DNA from: Spirogloea muscicola
Taxonomy: Eukaryota
Direction of reading: 5' to 3'
Length of the DNA stretch: 41,569 bases
NCBI GenBank assembly: GCA_009602725.1
Contig: WELB01000010.1
Location: forward strand, 148,381 to 189,949
A program made the position numbers and the translations under genes. The number at the start of each line of letters is the position of its first letter. The stretch's first letter is position 1. Below the pieces are notes generated by a model. It ran no database searches. It was not told the origin of the DNA and worked only from the letters and a program-made list of their open reading frames with translations. Shown piece after piece: positions 1-11,743 of this stretch.

Positions 1-87
1 GGGAGCACGCTCGTCAACATCCACAACTGTCCTAACGTCTGTCGCTAATCAAGATCTGTTCTTTGATGCCCGACTCTGCCACCGCAG

Positions 88-904
88 GACGTCGGTGCAT
101 GCAATCTAGAAGGCTCCACAGCCCTTCATTGGGCCGCCCTCAACGGCCACCAGCAGGTGCATCTGCAGTCTACACCTGTCGCTGGCCTGCACAGGACATG
201 CATGTTCACCTTATGCTGCAACTGAAGGGCCACAGCAGCTAGTGCTGTGTCTGCTGACTTGGAACTTGGTCGTCAACTTGGCAACACACCACAAAGCCAC
301 CTAAGTGAGTCTCCGGGAATGTCGGTGCAATCTAACAGACTGAGCCACTGCAGGTGGTGGAGCTGCTGATTGAGCAAGGTGCGGACCCGGCCGCTCTCAA
401 TCGGTAAGCGCCTTGGTCCACTTTTCCCAGGTCAGAGAAGGGGGTTGGTGACTGGTCAAAACATGCATGCAGCATCCTCGCAGCCCCAGGTTGCCCAGGT
501 CTCTTGCTTGAAGTAGATTTTCAAGTAGATGGGCTTTGTTGTGCCGCTTGCATGCTGTCTCGGTGACTTGCCACCTCAAGAGGGTCAGTCAAGTGATGAA
601 AAGGAGCAGGACAATCAAGAATTCGGCACTGCCGCTGCTAGCTTGATAGCTCCTGTCAGCGAGGGGCTGTCTCTACTTGTCATTAAGAGCCTGGAAGGCC
701 ATGGTCCCCAATGTGCCAAAAATAGAGTTTGTCATCTGCCTGATGTGCTGCAAGTGGATTCTATGCCACAGGCACGAGAGGACACCCGTGGATGAGGCCC
801 TCAGCCAGGGCCACGCCGCGCTTGTGCAGGCCATCGACCTTGCTCTTGCGGCCCGCAGCACCAGCAGCCTACAAGTTGAGAGCCATGCTGACCTAATGCC
901 TTGA
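88..904 (+). CDS. 3' exons of a small ankyrin-repeat protein (Yar1-like / plant At5g12320-like); 5' part lies upstream of the window
   Basis: Exons 88-156, 354-403 and 772-904 have GT-AG boundaries and consistent phase. They give DVGACNLEGSTALHWAALNGHQQ|VVELLIEQGADPAALNR|HERTPVDEALSQGHAALVQAI...*, matching the ankyrin consensus (G-T-ALH-AA--GH---V--LL--GAD). The family assignment is from memory, not a search. Confidence 0.88.
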
Positions 905-2102
905 TCTTCACAGCCTGAATACAGAGCACTTCCTACAGACCTAGAAGCACGTGCAGGTCAAGCAAGTAGGCCGTAATCTTAGTCCAGTTCAACTTGGTGG
1001 AGACATTCTATACTGCAAGTTTCCAGGGCCGCACTGTAAACTGCGAGCCCTGCGTGTGGATGCGGTTGCAGCATTAGATGCAACATACAGGCAGACTTAG
1101 ACTCTTCTCGCATCTTCTATGTCAAAGGCTGCACATTGCGCATAATGAATGCAAACTCTTACTGTGTATGTCCTCAGACAAAGCCAGCTGTAACTGCACT
1201 TCAAGCACCCATGCGTGATTTGTCACTTCTACAGCGATTGTACTTGCTTGTGACAGCAACAATATGTGCATAATGGTGTGACAATCACATCTAACGAGTG
1301 CACAGTAGCTCTCGTGGAAGCTGTGAACAAGTTTAAGCATTCTCTGATCGTAGTTGCCGGTCGAGCACAGGGCTGTATTACAAGCACTGCTGCAAGGGCA
1401 CCTTTAGCCAAGATAGGCTCTCACAAAGTACAGTTCCGAAATGCACACATTGCAGCACTACAATGCCTGTGCTTGAGTCGCTGCAATTTAGCAGTGCCTC
1501 AGCCTTGCTGTAGTCTGTCCTCGGCATGCAAACAAGAGGTGAGCAGTGGAGTGGATTTCGCCTGCCAGGCCAGATTTATGCAGATGATATGTCACACTAC
1601 AGCCAACCCAAATGCCATGATCGTCAATCATGGTTTTTCTGCAGCTTTCTTGACTCTGACAATGACAAGATGCGAGCATGTTCAAGGCGCAAAACCTCCT
1701 TACAAAGTTCATGAGCGAGACCCTACGGCTGAAAGATTCTACATGTTCCCCTGAAAAGCTTAATTTGTAGCAAGGCTGCAGCAGCTCCACCACTTCAGCT
1801 TCTACATTTTGACAGTGAAGTCTACGACAAGCGCTCAACTTGTATAGACAACGCTGTCATTCTTCTTGCATGAGAAAGTTTGAATTGAGATCCGGTTTCG
1901 TGTATGGGTTTTCCCCAGCATGCGCAGCATGGCCTCAGCCGCTGCCATGCCTTTATGTAACTGCAATGCTCATTGAAGTGTGTTGCATGCCACTGAAAAG
2001 TTTGCGCTTTGAGGATTTGTATGCTTTCTTCTTGCTCATATTGACTGTACCTCCATTCCGCGGTGTGATTCTTGGAGTGACCCAATAGTAGTGAGAATCA
2101 GA

Positions 2103-2272
2103 TCAATCGACCTTGCCATCATGCAGGTACTCACACCTTGAACCATTGCGGCACCCGCTGGGCGTGCAATAGAAGGCGCACGGCCTTTTCGAACCCCGCC
2201 CCCGCCCGCCTCTTCCACCAGGCTCGGGCTGCCAGCCCCGCCGCTGCTGCTGCTGAGGTTGCTGCTGCCGCC

Positions 2273-2310
<38 letters not shown>

Positions 2311-3055
2311 AGTTGCTGCTGCTGCTGCTGCTGCTGCTGCTCTATGTGCTCGACCAGGGAGCGAGGAGGAGCGCCATTCTCACCTACTCCAACCGGAAGG
2401 GAAGCATGCTGCTCGTGGAAGTGCGGATGCATAGGAGGGTAGGGGAGAAGAGGAGGGGGTGGCGCCCCTGCACCAGGGCCCATGCCCAGCGAAGCAAAGG
2501 CATCCAGTCGGGGTGCGGCGCTGAGAGGCTGCCCAGATCGCCCGACACCGCCGGGCAGGCTCAGCTCCCACGGGCGGAGCTGCTCAAGCTCTGCCACTGG
2601 CCCTCGCTGCACATACATGGCCTCTTGCTGCTGCTGCTGGTGCCGCTGCCGCAGGGGATGTTGCACCAAGAGCAAGTCTAAATGCTGCAGGCCAGGCCCG
2701 GGTGGGGGCCTGGCCTGGGGCCTGCCGGCATCGTGGAACCTGACGCCCATTGGAGCTGGCGGGTGGCCGACGTAGATGTCGCCGCTGGTGGAGGGTGGCG
2801 GGTGGCCGATGTATGCGTCACCGTTATGGAGGTGCCGAGCAGGAGGAGGGCCCGGCGGCAATGGCGGCTGGAAGCCGGGCCGCAGAGAGTGACCTTGCGG
2901 CGCTGCTGCTGAGAGCAACTGGTGGGTGCTAGGAGCGAGCAGCCGCGCAGGATCACGTGCTGCCAACGTCGGAGTCATGTGATCAAGCACATCCGGCAAA
3001 CGGGGCTGCAGCAAAGGCCGCCTGGCCTCAAGAGCAACAGGCAGCACATGCAATG

Positions 3056-3090
<35 letters not shown>

Positions 3091-3196
3091 GGCGGTGCTC
3101 GCATGGGGGGCGGTCCCGGCGGAAGTGGCGGAGGAGCAGATACCCACCCTTGCCCATGCGAACTGCTCGCCTGAGTGACGGCAGCGGCGGCAGCAG

Positions 3197-3227
<31 letters not shown>

Positions 3228-4589
3228 AGGGACGGCAGGAGCAGTGGCGGCAGCAGCAGCGGCGGCGGCTGCAGCAGTGACTGCAGTAGGTGGCAGCCTA
3301 GCGGGGCCTGTGGAAGGGCGCTGGAGCATGGCAAGCAGCTCGGCAGGGCTGCCAGGCCCGGCCGCATGTGGCTGGCTCGCCAGCGCGCTGACGAACGCCG
3401 GGTCGCTGAGGAGCTTCACCAGCAACTCATGGTCATACTCTTGGCCGCCTGACAGCGGAGCCGCTGCAGCTGGCGCCACTGTAGCAGCCACCGAGGCAGC
3501 AGGACTGGCTGCAACCACAGCGGCACTGGTTACAGCAGCAGTATCATCCCCGTCAGGCTCAGGTCCTTCGTCGTCATCAATCGGCACGGGGCTGATAATC
3601 GGCGTCGCAGTGTCGTCCTGTGGCGCCTGGGCCTCCTCCGGCTCGGCGGGGCTGCAGGCACAGGCAGCGCCAGCATGCACGCGTGACGGCTGAGCCTGAA
3701 TCTCCACCTCCCATCGATCATTCCTCTCTAGCATTACTGGCAGCCGTGTGGTGCAGGCAACCGGCGCGCTACGGGATGACGCACCTACCTGGCGGGAATG
3801 GAGGACTCGCGTGGGTAGACCGCCTCGAAGATCCGCTGCTCTCGCTCCCGCTGCAGCCGTGCCTCGTCGCTCTGGTCCCCGGCGGCTACCATCCACTCCG
3901 CTTCCAGCGCGACCTGATTCACGAGCGCGAGACCGCGGCGCCAAGCTAAAGTGGCGCTAGCGCGCCGCAGCACAGCAAGCGTAAGGGCGGCCTGTCGCCA
4001 TGACGGACTCACGAAACTGCAGGCACCACTATGTGCAGCCGCTCCGCAGAAAGCAGGCAGGTGAGTCACTGACCATGTTAGGGACTCGCCATGCAACAGC
4101 GGCGGTAGTCTGTGCCACGGTATTAGCAACGCCGCTGCCCAGCGAGGGCTTGCCAAAGCCCGGCGGCAGACTCTCCACGAGCAGCTTCTGCTTCTGCTGC
4201 AGCAGGTGCTGCGTGACGCCAGCCAGCACCGGCGCGTCCTCCGCGAGGAAAAGCCGCACCTGCCAATGTCGCACGGGCGTGAAGCCTCGTCTCGTCAACA
4301 TCTCAGCGTCAGAGTCGCCATGGACATCCGAGAAGCACGTATCGCTCGCTTGCTGCCTCTGTGGCTGCGGCGTCGGCAGCACGGACACCATGCACAGCGG
4401 AAGGTCAGGGCAGCGCAGGCGCGGCAGCGGGCTCGCCGCCACCTGGGTGAGGGCCGACGACCAGGAGACCCGGCGGACGCGGGCGCGCTTCGCTGGCTGC
4501 GGCTGGGGCAACGGGGGCCCCGCCACGGGAAGCCCTGGCGGAGCGTGCCCCAGGAGGCCCGCCCCAGCCGCACTGGCGCTGGGCTGCAT
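2103..4589 (-). CDS. CCCH zinc-finger protein (plant C3H6/At1g19860-like), 4 exons
   Basis: Exons 4589-4443, 4259-4074, 3913-3789 and 3651-2103 are all GT-AG and phase-consistent. Family motifs are RRVSW...QVRLFLAED, LPPGFG and W-VAAG--S-E---Q--RE-RIFEAVYPR-SSIP. The C-terminus has C-x8-C-x5-C-x3-H (CAFYCTPSGCRNGSRCEYLH). The ATG at 4589 is tentative because of an N at 4619. Confidence 0.85.
2243..2340 (-). repeat. (CAG)n microsatellite encoding poly-Gln in the CCCH gene; a second tract lies at ~3058-3090
   Basis: Long (CTG)n runs on the + strand, in frame with the 2103..3944 ORF. Confidence 0.9.
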
Positions 4590-4669
4590 GCCAAGCACGC
4601 CGCCGCCGCCGCCGCCGANCTCCGTCCGTTACTTTGTGCGTGCCATGTCTCAACCACCTTCTGCTCAAT

Positions 4670-4800
4670 TGTGGCTGCTGATCTCAAAAGAGCGGCTGTA
4701 GAAGGCCAGCCAGATGCATATAGGTGTTCTGCCTGGCTGTCTCAGTCTCTCATGTGACAGAAGACGAGATAGGTATGCAAGTAGCCTCAATACCCATCGT
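4670..4800 (-). mobile_element. Diverged 3' tip of a CRE-like retrotransposon (family B-like)
   Basis: gctgctgatctcaaaagagcggctgtagaaggccagccagatgcatataggtgttc resembles the reverse complement of the 3' UTR at 11680-11736. Confidence 0.65.
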
Positions 4801-5593
4801 GAGCGAGTCTTCTGCACCCTCTACTAGACAAGGCCTACCAGTCCTCAGAGCTATGCAGGTTATATCAAGAGTAGCACAACAGACTCTCACAAGGCGCTAG
4901 AGTTTAGGGGTAGAAGGTTTGACATGAGAAGATCCTTCCTCACATGCTCTCAAGAGTCTCTAGTGATATGCAACAAAGAATTACCTCAGAGACCTTCCTG
5001 GTACATGAAGGCAGCATCCTCGTACATACATATACTCGAATTCAATAGTGCTAGGCTATACAAGGACAGTGTAATAGCTTGCTATCATCCTGAGATACTG
5101 TGCAGTATTGAGCAGCCTAAAGCAGTGGAAGCGTTTCTCTCAGGGCTCAGGTTTATACTGTACATGGCGTTGGTGGACTCCTTACTACTCCATGATACAA
5201 GGAAAAGGAATGGGAGAAGAGTCGTCCCCTTTCCCCTTAGTGAACAGAGAGCGCCCTATGCCTTGGCACTCGTAGCTATTGAGTGGTTCATCATCTGGCC
5301 GCGCTTCCTGTTCATCCACCCCGGTTCTGAGTTAGCGAATCTGACCCCTTCGTAATTTGGCCCCTTCGGACCCTGTTTTTGGGCTGGCCTCTCACAGCCC
5401 TAGCTCTCAGTGGGAGGGGCCACTTACTTTCTTTTGTTAACTTTGGATTCCGTTTGGTCTAGCCCCATTCATCGCATTAGCTTCTGCACAAGGGTAGTTC
5501 CATGCTTTTGCGCCTTTCAGCCCTTTCAGACCTTGTACATTCCTCTGGGCTGCCCTTTCACAGCCGCTAGGCGAGCACTTCTCCCTTTCAAGC

Positions 5594-6195
5594 CATACGT
5601 GCGGCGTCTGGGCGTGGTCACCACCCCCCAGGGCGGTGGGCCTCGTCTGCTCTTGGACGTGGTACTGATTGACGCACACAAGGCTGGCGCACCAACGTCA
5701 ACCGTGTCTGGCTGGGCCACGTCCAGCGCGGAGCGCAAGAAGGAGCGACACTACCAGGACCATCCTCGAGGGGACCATCCTTACCCGTGTGCCATGGATA
5801 TCTACGGAGGCTACGGCGTGAAATGGTCCTCCCTGATCCAACATCTGGCCCGGCTGGTTGATGTGCGCCGTCGAAGTGGGGGGGGGCAGCTTGGGCCACT
5901 CCAGCATTCCGCAGGCCTTAGTTGCATACTATAGAATGCGGCTCTCGCTTAGTTTGCAGCGCTCGCAAGCATTGGCTCTTCATCAGCTCTTTCTTGGCGG
6001 CGCTCCAGCTCCAAGTTAGCTTGTCAGATTAATTTGTGCTCGCCCGTGGGTACTAATCTCACCTTAGGCACCTTACTTAAGGTCTCCGTAGTATGTAGCC
6101 TTTGTTAAACTGCCCTATAGACTCTGCCTGAACAATGTATTGGCTTGAATTGGCCTCCCATTCATTTCATGCGCCCCGCGCGCCTTCTCTCTTTC
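5594..6195 (+). mobile_element. 5'-truncated CRE-like non-LTR retrotransposon (family G): endonuclease tail plus 3' UTR
   Basis: GGGPRLLLDVVLID...AERKKERHYQDHPRGDHPYPCAMDIYGGYG..W...RMRLSLSLQRSQA...RGY*, homologous to the C-termini of the long copies at 9654-11615 and 38204-38782. Confidence 0.8.
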
Positions 6196-6589
6196 ACAGC
6201 TGTTGCCGTAAATTGGAAGAGCTGTTCCTTTCGTGAGGAGCAATGCACTGTCTCGACTTCGATCCTTGTCAGTCTTTCGCGGGCTGGCTTCTCACAGCCC
6301 TTGCCCCCATTTGGGAGAGCCACTTCCCTTCGCACTCAATCGGTCCCACTCGTCGATCACGCGCACCGCGCGCCTTTCCCCCCGCCAGCCCGCCAGCCCC
6401 GCCAGTCCGCCGACGCCGCCACCGCCGCCACAGCTGCCGCGCTCGACGCCGCCACAGCCGTTCCATAGAAGCCAGCCGGCGATGCCGCCGCCGTCGCCGC
6501 CGCCGCGGCCGCCGCCGCCGCCGGGGCTCGGGGTGAGGGCCAGGGGGGGAGGGGGGGCTGCCTCTGCGCGCCCTCGATTTGGTTGAGCA

Positions 6590-7077
6590 TTCGAGGGGGC
6601 GACGTGACGCCTGATCAACGAGTGACCAATTGATCCTCGTGCTGACTCCCGGATGCTCCTCAGTTGTACTTGGAATGCCAAAGAGCCTTCCTCCACCTCG
6701 GCTGCAGGGCCGGCCAGGCAAGGGAAGCGCAAGGGAAGAAAAGAAGAAAGCGGCTGCTGATATGAAAGAATCGGCTGTGAAATGCCAGCCAGATGCATAC
6801 AGGTGTTCATGACGGAGCCAAAGGCTAGGCAGACAGGGCGCCCTCAATACCCCCGTGTCAGCAGTAGGAAGTCAGAAGTCAGGGAAGAAAGGAGGCAACC
6901 GAGAAAGGCTGCCTGCGCCGTCTGTTTAAGTGACCGGCAGCCCAGGCCGCCCATAAGTGTGGGAAGGGATGCCTGCAGGGAGGATGAAGGTGAGGGGAAG
7001 GATGGGTGTTGAATCAGGGAAGCCAGGGTTTGCAGGAGGGAGGTGTCGAACTCCTTGTACAGCTCGCCCACCATGTC
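6590..7077 (-). mobile_element. Internal fragment of family C interrupted by a short family B 3' end (~6742-6882)
   Basis: Matches 8935-9050 and 11745-11935. The inserted B piece ends DFLLLTRGY* plus the B 3' UTR and is flanked by a tttcttccct duplication (element orientation). Confidence 0.75.
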
Positions 7078-7316
7078 CGCAGGGCACGCGGTCGGCCTGG
7101 CGGCCCCGGGCAAAGAGCGAAAATATGCCGACCACCCGGTTGGTGACGAAATTGCGGCCCTGGTGATCAACGTCCACTGGGCTTTCGGCAGCCGCTGGCT
7201 GGATCTCCTCCAGCGGCTTGCCCGTCAGGCCATGGACTGGCGGCCGGGTCTGCCAGGGGCGCTGCCCGGCTTCAACGCCGCCGGTTCGCTCGCCCAAGTC
7301 TTCCGCATGCGTCCGG
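7078..7316 (+). mobile_element. Endonuclease-region fragment of a CRE-like element (family F)
   Basis: AGHAVGLAAPGKERKYADHPVGDEIAALVINVHWAFGSRWLDLLQRLARQA...GFNAAGSLAQVFRMR. Confidence 0.75.
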
Positions 7317-7814
7317 CACTGCTGGTGGCTGAGTGCTGCTTGAGCGCTGGCTGGAGCCTCCAGCTTTTAGTGTTTGAGACCCGCCCAGATTGTGGGCACG
7401 CCTGTCATGATATTGTGTGTAGGCTAGGTCAACAAACAGCCATCTACTCTAGTCCTGTAAGCCTATTTTCTTAGCCCCTCTTAGCCCAGAGCTTCCTTTA
7501 TGAAGCCCTATCCTGCACTATTATTTGCTTGAATAGTGTACTGGCTGGCTTTTCTTCCCTTTCGATCAAATATACGATATTTTTCTTTCGATCTACACCA
7601 CCGCGCGCCCTCGCTCTTTGGGAGGAGCAGTCTCTCTTTTTCATGTGCGGAGGCCCTACTTCTGCCCTGCTTCCATAGCGCCTCCTAGCCTTGGGCTTCG
7701 CCCTGTCAAGCCCCACTGTTTGCACTTCCCTCCCATTTGCATGATACAGTACAATCGCTAGCTTGGCCTCCCTTTCACATCATACACGCCCTCTCTATGC
7801 CAACTCTAGTCAAG

Positions 7815-8835
7815 GTTGGCCCTCGCCCCTCGGCCTGTTTGCAGCGTGCTCAGGCTAGTTAGTGTTCTGGTACCAGAAAGCTGGGCGAGCTCTAGTTGGT
7901 GGCAGAAGGGGAAAGACGTGTGTATTAAGAGATGGGGAGGCCATGTGTGGCCAAGTACAAAGGCAAGCACATTGACAAATGTACGTCACCTGCTGCTAAG
8001 CTGACCGCTCAGTAACCATGAGTCAGCACATAGAGGTCGCCAACTGATGCTCGAATACCGGACGGCAACCGACAAGCTCTTGTACTACCAGCCAAGGCTC
8101 GACCAGCTTTCTGATGCAACGCATGAGCCTGAGCTCGCTGCAGACAAGCTGACATTCGCCGTCGCAAAAATGACAGATTGGCTGCCGGCACACCCATCTG
8201 GGCTGAAAGCATATCCTCGCGTAGTGCATATACCAGACTCGCTATGTTCTCAAGTAGGGTATGGAAGCGAGGACCCAAGCAGCCGAAAATGTCGATTGCG
8301 GCCGGGAGAAGGTGGTCGCTGCGGGGGTAGTCAGAGTAGTGTCGGAGCTTTCTCTGCTCAGCACCTCCCACTCCGTGGCCAGCAATGTGTGTAAGCGGAA
8401 CTTTTATATGCCTCGGTCACCACCACATCCGCCAAGGCTCGTGGGCCTCCGCCAGGTTGTACACCCATAATGTCCAGGGTGCGACGGTGATGGGGACCCT
8501 GGGAATCCGTGGTGATGGGCATTACATTGCTTACTTCCACGGTGGCGCGGTAGCCGGCGTCGCGCATCCAGCCCGCCAGGGCGTCTCGTAGGCGATTGTG
8601 GACGCCCACCACCTCAGGGCCTGTGAGACACCGCAGCATGTGGGTGGCTAGGTCTCCGCCCTCTGAAGGGCTCCGGTTCTGGCATCTAGTATTCATGCAT
8701 CGATTAGTGACCTTTATGTTTTGACCCGTGGTTATTGAGCGGGTCAATCTGCTGTAGGTTATGTAGATCATTAGATGTGCTTGCCTTGTACTTGGCCATT
8801 TGGCTTACATTTGTTTCTAATACACGGAATTCTCC
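7815..8835 (+). mobile_element. Family C' 3' end (7815-7910 plus 8665-8835), split by an antisense family C insertion
   Basis: The pieces join as ...ctagttggtggcagaaggg|ctccggttctggcatc...YVLTRGY*, matching 16270-16450 and the reverse complement of 39640-39860. gaaggg is present on both sides of the insert. Confidence 0.75.
7911..8664 (-). mobile_element. 5'-truncated CRE-like element (family C): knuckle end, endonuclease and 3' UTR
   Basis: THMLRCLTGPEVVGVHNRLRDAL...RRTLDIMGVQPGGGPRALADVVVTE...AEQRKLRHY...LYVLTHGY*. Near-identical to 12280-13020 and 24180-24915. Confidence 0.85.
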
Positions 8836-9050
8836 TTCCCTTCCTCTCCTTGGAGATCCGCAGCTGGCGCTGGCCATCCTTACTCGCTGCATTGGTCAAC
8901 GAGCTGGCTACATGCAGCGAACAGTCGCCCCAACGGACATGGTGGGCGAGCTGTACAAGGAGTTCGACACCTTCCTCCTGCAAACCCTGGCTTCCCTGAT
9001 TCAACATTCATCCTTCCCCTCACCTTCGACCTCCCAGCAGGCATCCCTTC

Positions 9051-9232
9051 CCTTTTGCAGCAGCCTCTGGTTTGCGCAGCGGGGTTGCTCTTCCTCCCCT
9101 CAGCTCATCTGACTTCCTACTGCTGACACGGGGGTATTGAGGGCGCCCTGTCTGCATAGCCTGTCTCCGTCATGAACACCTGTATGCATCTGGCTGGCAA
9201 TTTACAGCCGATTCTTTAAATATCAGCAGCCT
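9051..9232 (+). mobile_element. Short 5'-truncated family B copy directly upstream of the long B copy
   Basis: Near-identical to 11557-11733. Confidence 0.85.
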
Positions 9233-11743
9233 GTCCAAAACCCACCTTCGCCTGCTCAACCGGTGGACCTGGACCCGGCTGTCTTCCGTCGGGCGATTGT
9301 GAGTAGCCGCAAGGCAGTCGCCGGGGGTCCATTGGGCATGCTCTTTCAGCACTTGCGGGAGCTGTATGGGGAGGACGACTCGGAGGATTTCGATCTGCTG
9401 CTTAGGGTCGCGCAACATGTTGCGCGTGGACACCTCACCCATCGTGTAGGCGCAGTCCTCTGCACAAGCAATTTCATTGCTTTGCAGAAGGACAGCGGGG
9501 GAGTGCGTCCTATCTCGATGGGGGAGGTTCTGTCGCGCCTCGTGGGGCGCATCCTATAATTATGCAGATCCAGGAGGATGCCCAGGCGCACTTCCATCCC
9601 CACCAGTTTGGGGCTGGGATGCGTGCTGGCGCTGAGACCCTGGTGCACGGGGTATGAGCGGCACTGGATGTCAATCCCCATTGGCTGGCCTTGAGCGTGG
9701 ACGTACAGAACGCCTTCAACTCCGTGGATCGGCAGGTTTTGCCGAGGAGCTAAGGCAGTACTTTCCCACACTCCTCCCTCACTTCCGCTGCATGTATGGC
9801 TCGCCATCTGCATTGTTGTGGGGGGCAGGGACTTCTTTGGCTGTTCTGCAGTCAAAGACGGGGACACGCCAAGGTGATCCAATGGATGGTTTCCTCTTCG
9901 CTCTGGCCCATCACCGTGCTTTGCGCAACACGGCGAGCGCTCACCCTGGCGTTCTCCTCCCGAGCTATGCGGATGATACCACGCTCCTCGGCCCCCCAGA
10001 GGAGGTGCTGCGAGCTTTCGGCACGCTTCAGCACCAGCTCCAGCTTATCGGGCTTGGGGTCAATCCGGCTAAGTGCTCTGCCTGGTCCCCCATTGGCATC
10101 CCCCTTTCCCTCTTCCCCTCGTTGCCGACATCTTGTCAGACTCCAGAGGGCGGCTTGAGGATCTTGGGAGTGCCACTAGGCGACCCGTCTTTCTCGGAGG
10201 GTGCTGTCCTTGCTCGTCGCCAAGGATACATGCAGGTCCTGCCAGAGCTCCCCAGCCTTGGGGACTCTCAGTTGGCAGTGGCCATTATGACCAGGGGTGT
10301 AGCACAGCGGCCGTGCTACCTCCTGCGTACGGTCTCACCATCGGTCAGCTTGGATGCTATCTATGCATCCATTGATGTCAAGCTTCAGCAATGCCTTGCT
10401 GATCTGATTGCTCACCCACTCCCAGAGCAGTCTCCAGCAGCACTGGTGCAATGTACGCTGCTCATACGCCACGGTGGGCTTGGTTGTCGCCCCTTGGTCC
10501 GCTTATGCAGACCAGCGTACCTTGGCTGCTGGGCTCAAGTGGCTTCGTCCATATCTGGACGATTCCTCCTTGAGCAACAATGTGTACTGGCGCCTCACAT
10601 CAGTAACGTGGTTCAGGGGAGTCTGCCTTTCCAAGTGACTCTCAAAGAATGCCAACAGGACCTCTTCGCCGCATACCCGCCTCTGGTGAATGAGCCTGTT
10701 AGTTTTGCTGCCTGGGCTGACGTTTCTGATGTTAAGGCTCAATCGCGGTTTTTCCATGCTGCAGATGAGCAACCACTGGAACATCTCCGGAGTCTCCTCC
10801 AAGGGGATGCTCGAGGCCAGGCTCGGCTCCTATCTGTTTCGTCTCTGGGAGCGTCTGAGTGGCTCCGCGCTTTGCCTTCGCATGCGGGCTTGCGGATGGA
10901 AAATGCTCTTTTTTGCGATGCTATGCGCCGCCGCCTTGGCTTACCATCCCTGTGCTTGGCAGGGGTGACCCAATGTGAATGTGGGCTTATTGAGCATGAT
11001 GCATTGCTCATGGGTGACCACATGCTCAGGTGTGCCAGAGGCAGTGAGTGCACGGGCTCCCACAACCTCCTACGTGACGCCATGTATGGCATCGTCAAGG
11101 AGGTGGCATATCAAGTGGCGTTGGAGAGCACCGGGGTGATGCCCGTCCAACTCCGCAACGGGGTCCCTCGGACGAACGTTCTCCTGGGAGGTGGTAAGCG
11201 GCTCCTCATGGACGTCGTCCTAACCGACAGCTTCCGGATGAAGGGCCCCATTACTTTTGAGACCGGCTATGCCGTGAAGGTGGCCGAACAGAAGAAATTG
11301 CACAAGTACAAGGACCACCAGGCGGGTGATACCTTTTACACCCTGGCCATGGATATCCATGGGTGTTACAGGGGTCGGTGGTCCTCGTTACATTTGCTGC
11401 TGGCCTCTCAAGCTGACCAGCGGCGCCGGGAACAGGGTGCAGCCCTTCCCGGTGGCTCGGCCCCTTTGGATCTTGTTTCCTGCTACCCAATGCGTCTATC
11501 TGTGTGCCTACAGCGGTCCCAGGCAATTGCTTTGCATCGCCGGGCTGGTCGCGCCCTTGCAGCAGCCTCTGGTTTGTGCAGCGGGGTTGCTCTTCCTCCC
11601 CTCAGCTTCATCTGACTTCCTACTGCTGACACGGGGGTATTGAGGGCGCCCTGTCTGCCTAGCCTTTGGCTCCGTCATGAACACCTGTATGCATCTGGCT
11701 GGCAGTTTACAGCCGATTCTTGAATATCAGCAGCCGCTTTGGC
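9233..11743 (+). mobile_element. Long degenerate CRE-like non-LTR retrotransposon (family B): RT, CCHC knuckle and restriction-like endonuclease
   Basis: RT motifs GGVRPISMGEVLSRL, QFGAG, SVDVQNAFNSV, GTRQGDP, YADD, GLGVNPAK and ILGVPLG. These are followed by CECG..DHMLRC..SHNLLRD, LLMDVVLTD and AEQKKLHKY. Frameshifts and stops occur near 9555-9740 and 11600. Confidence 0.92.

Noticed and set aside
905..2100. ORFs between the ankyrin and CCCH genes (e.g. 1266..1754)
   Set aside because: No domain motifs or coherent exon chain; likely convergent 3' UTRs or intergenic DNA.
4830..5340. 143-aa ORF 4924..5355, or a possible decayed LTR-retrotransposon fragment on the minus strand
   Set aside because: No motif I can identify with confidence; a translated search is needed.
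9233..11743. Bacterial RT system (retron, group II intron, DGR) or Penelope/LTR element
   Set aside because: The RT is followed by a CCHC knuckle and restriction-like endonuclease. Copies are 5'-truncated with common 3' ends, and no LTR, integrase or GIY-YIG motif is seen.
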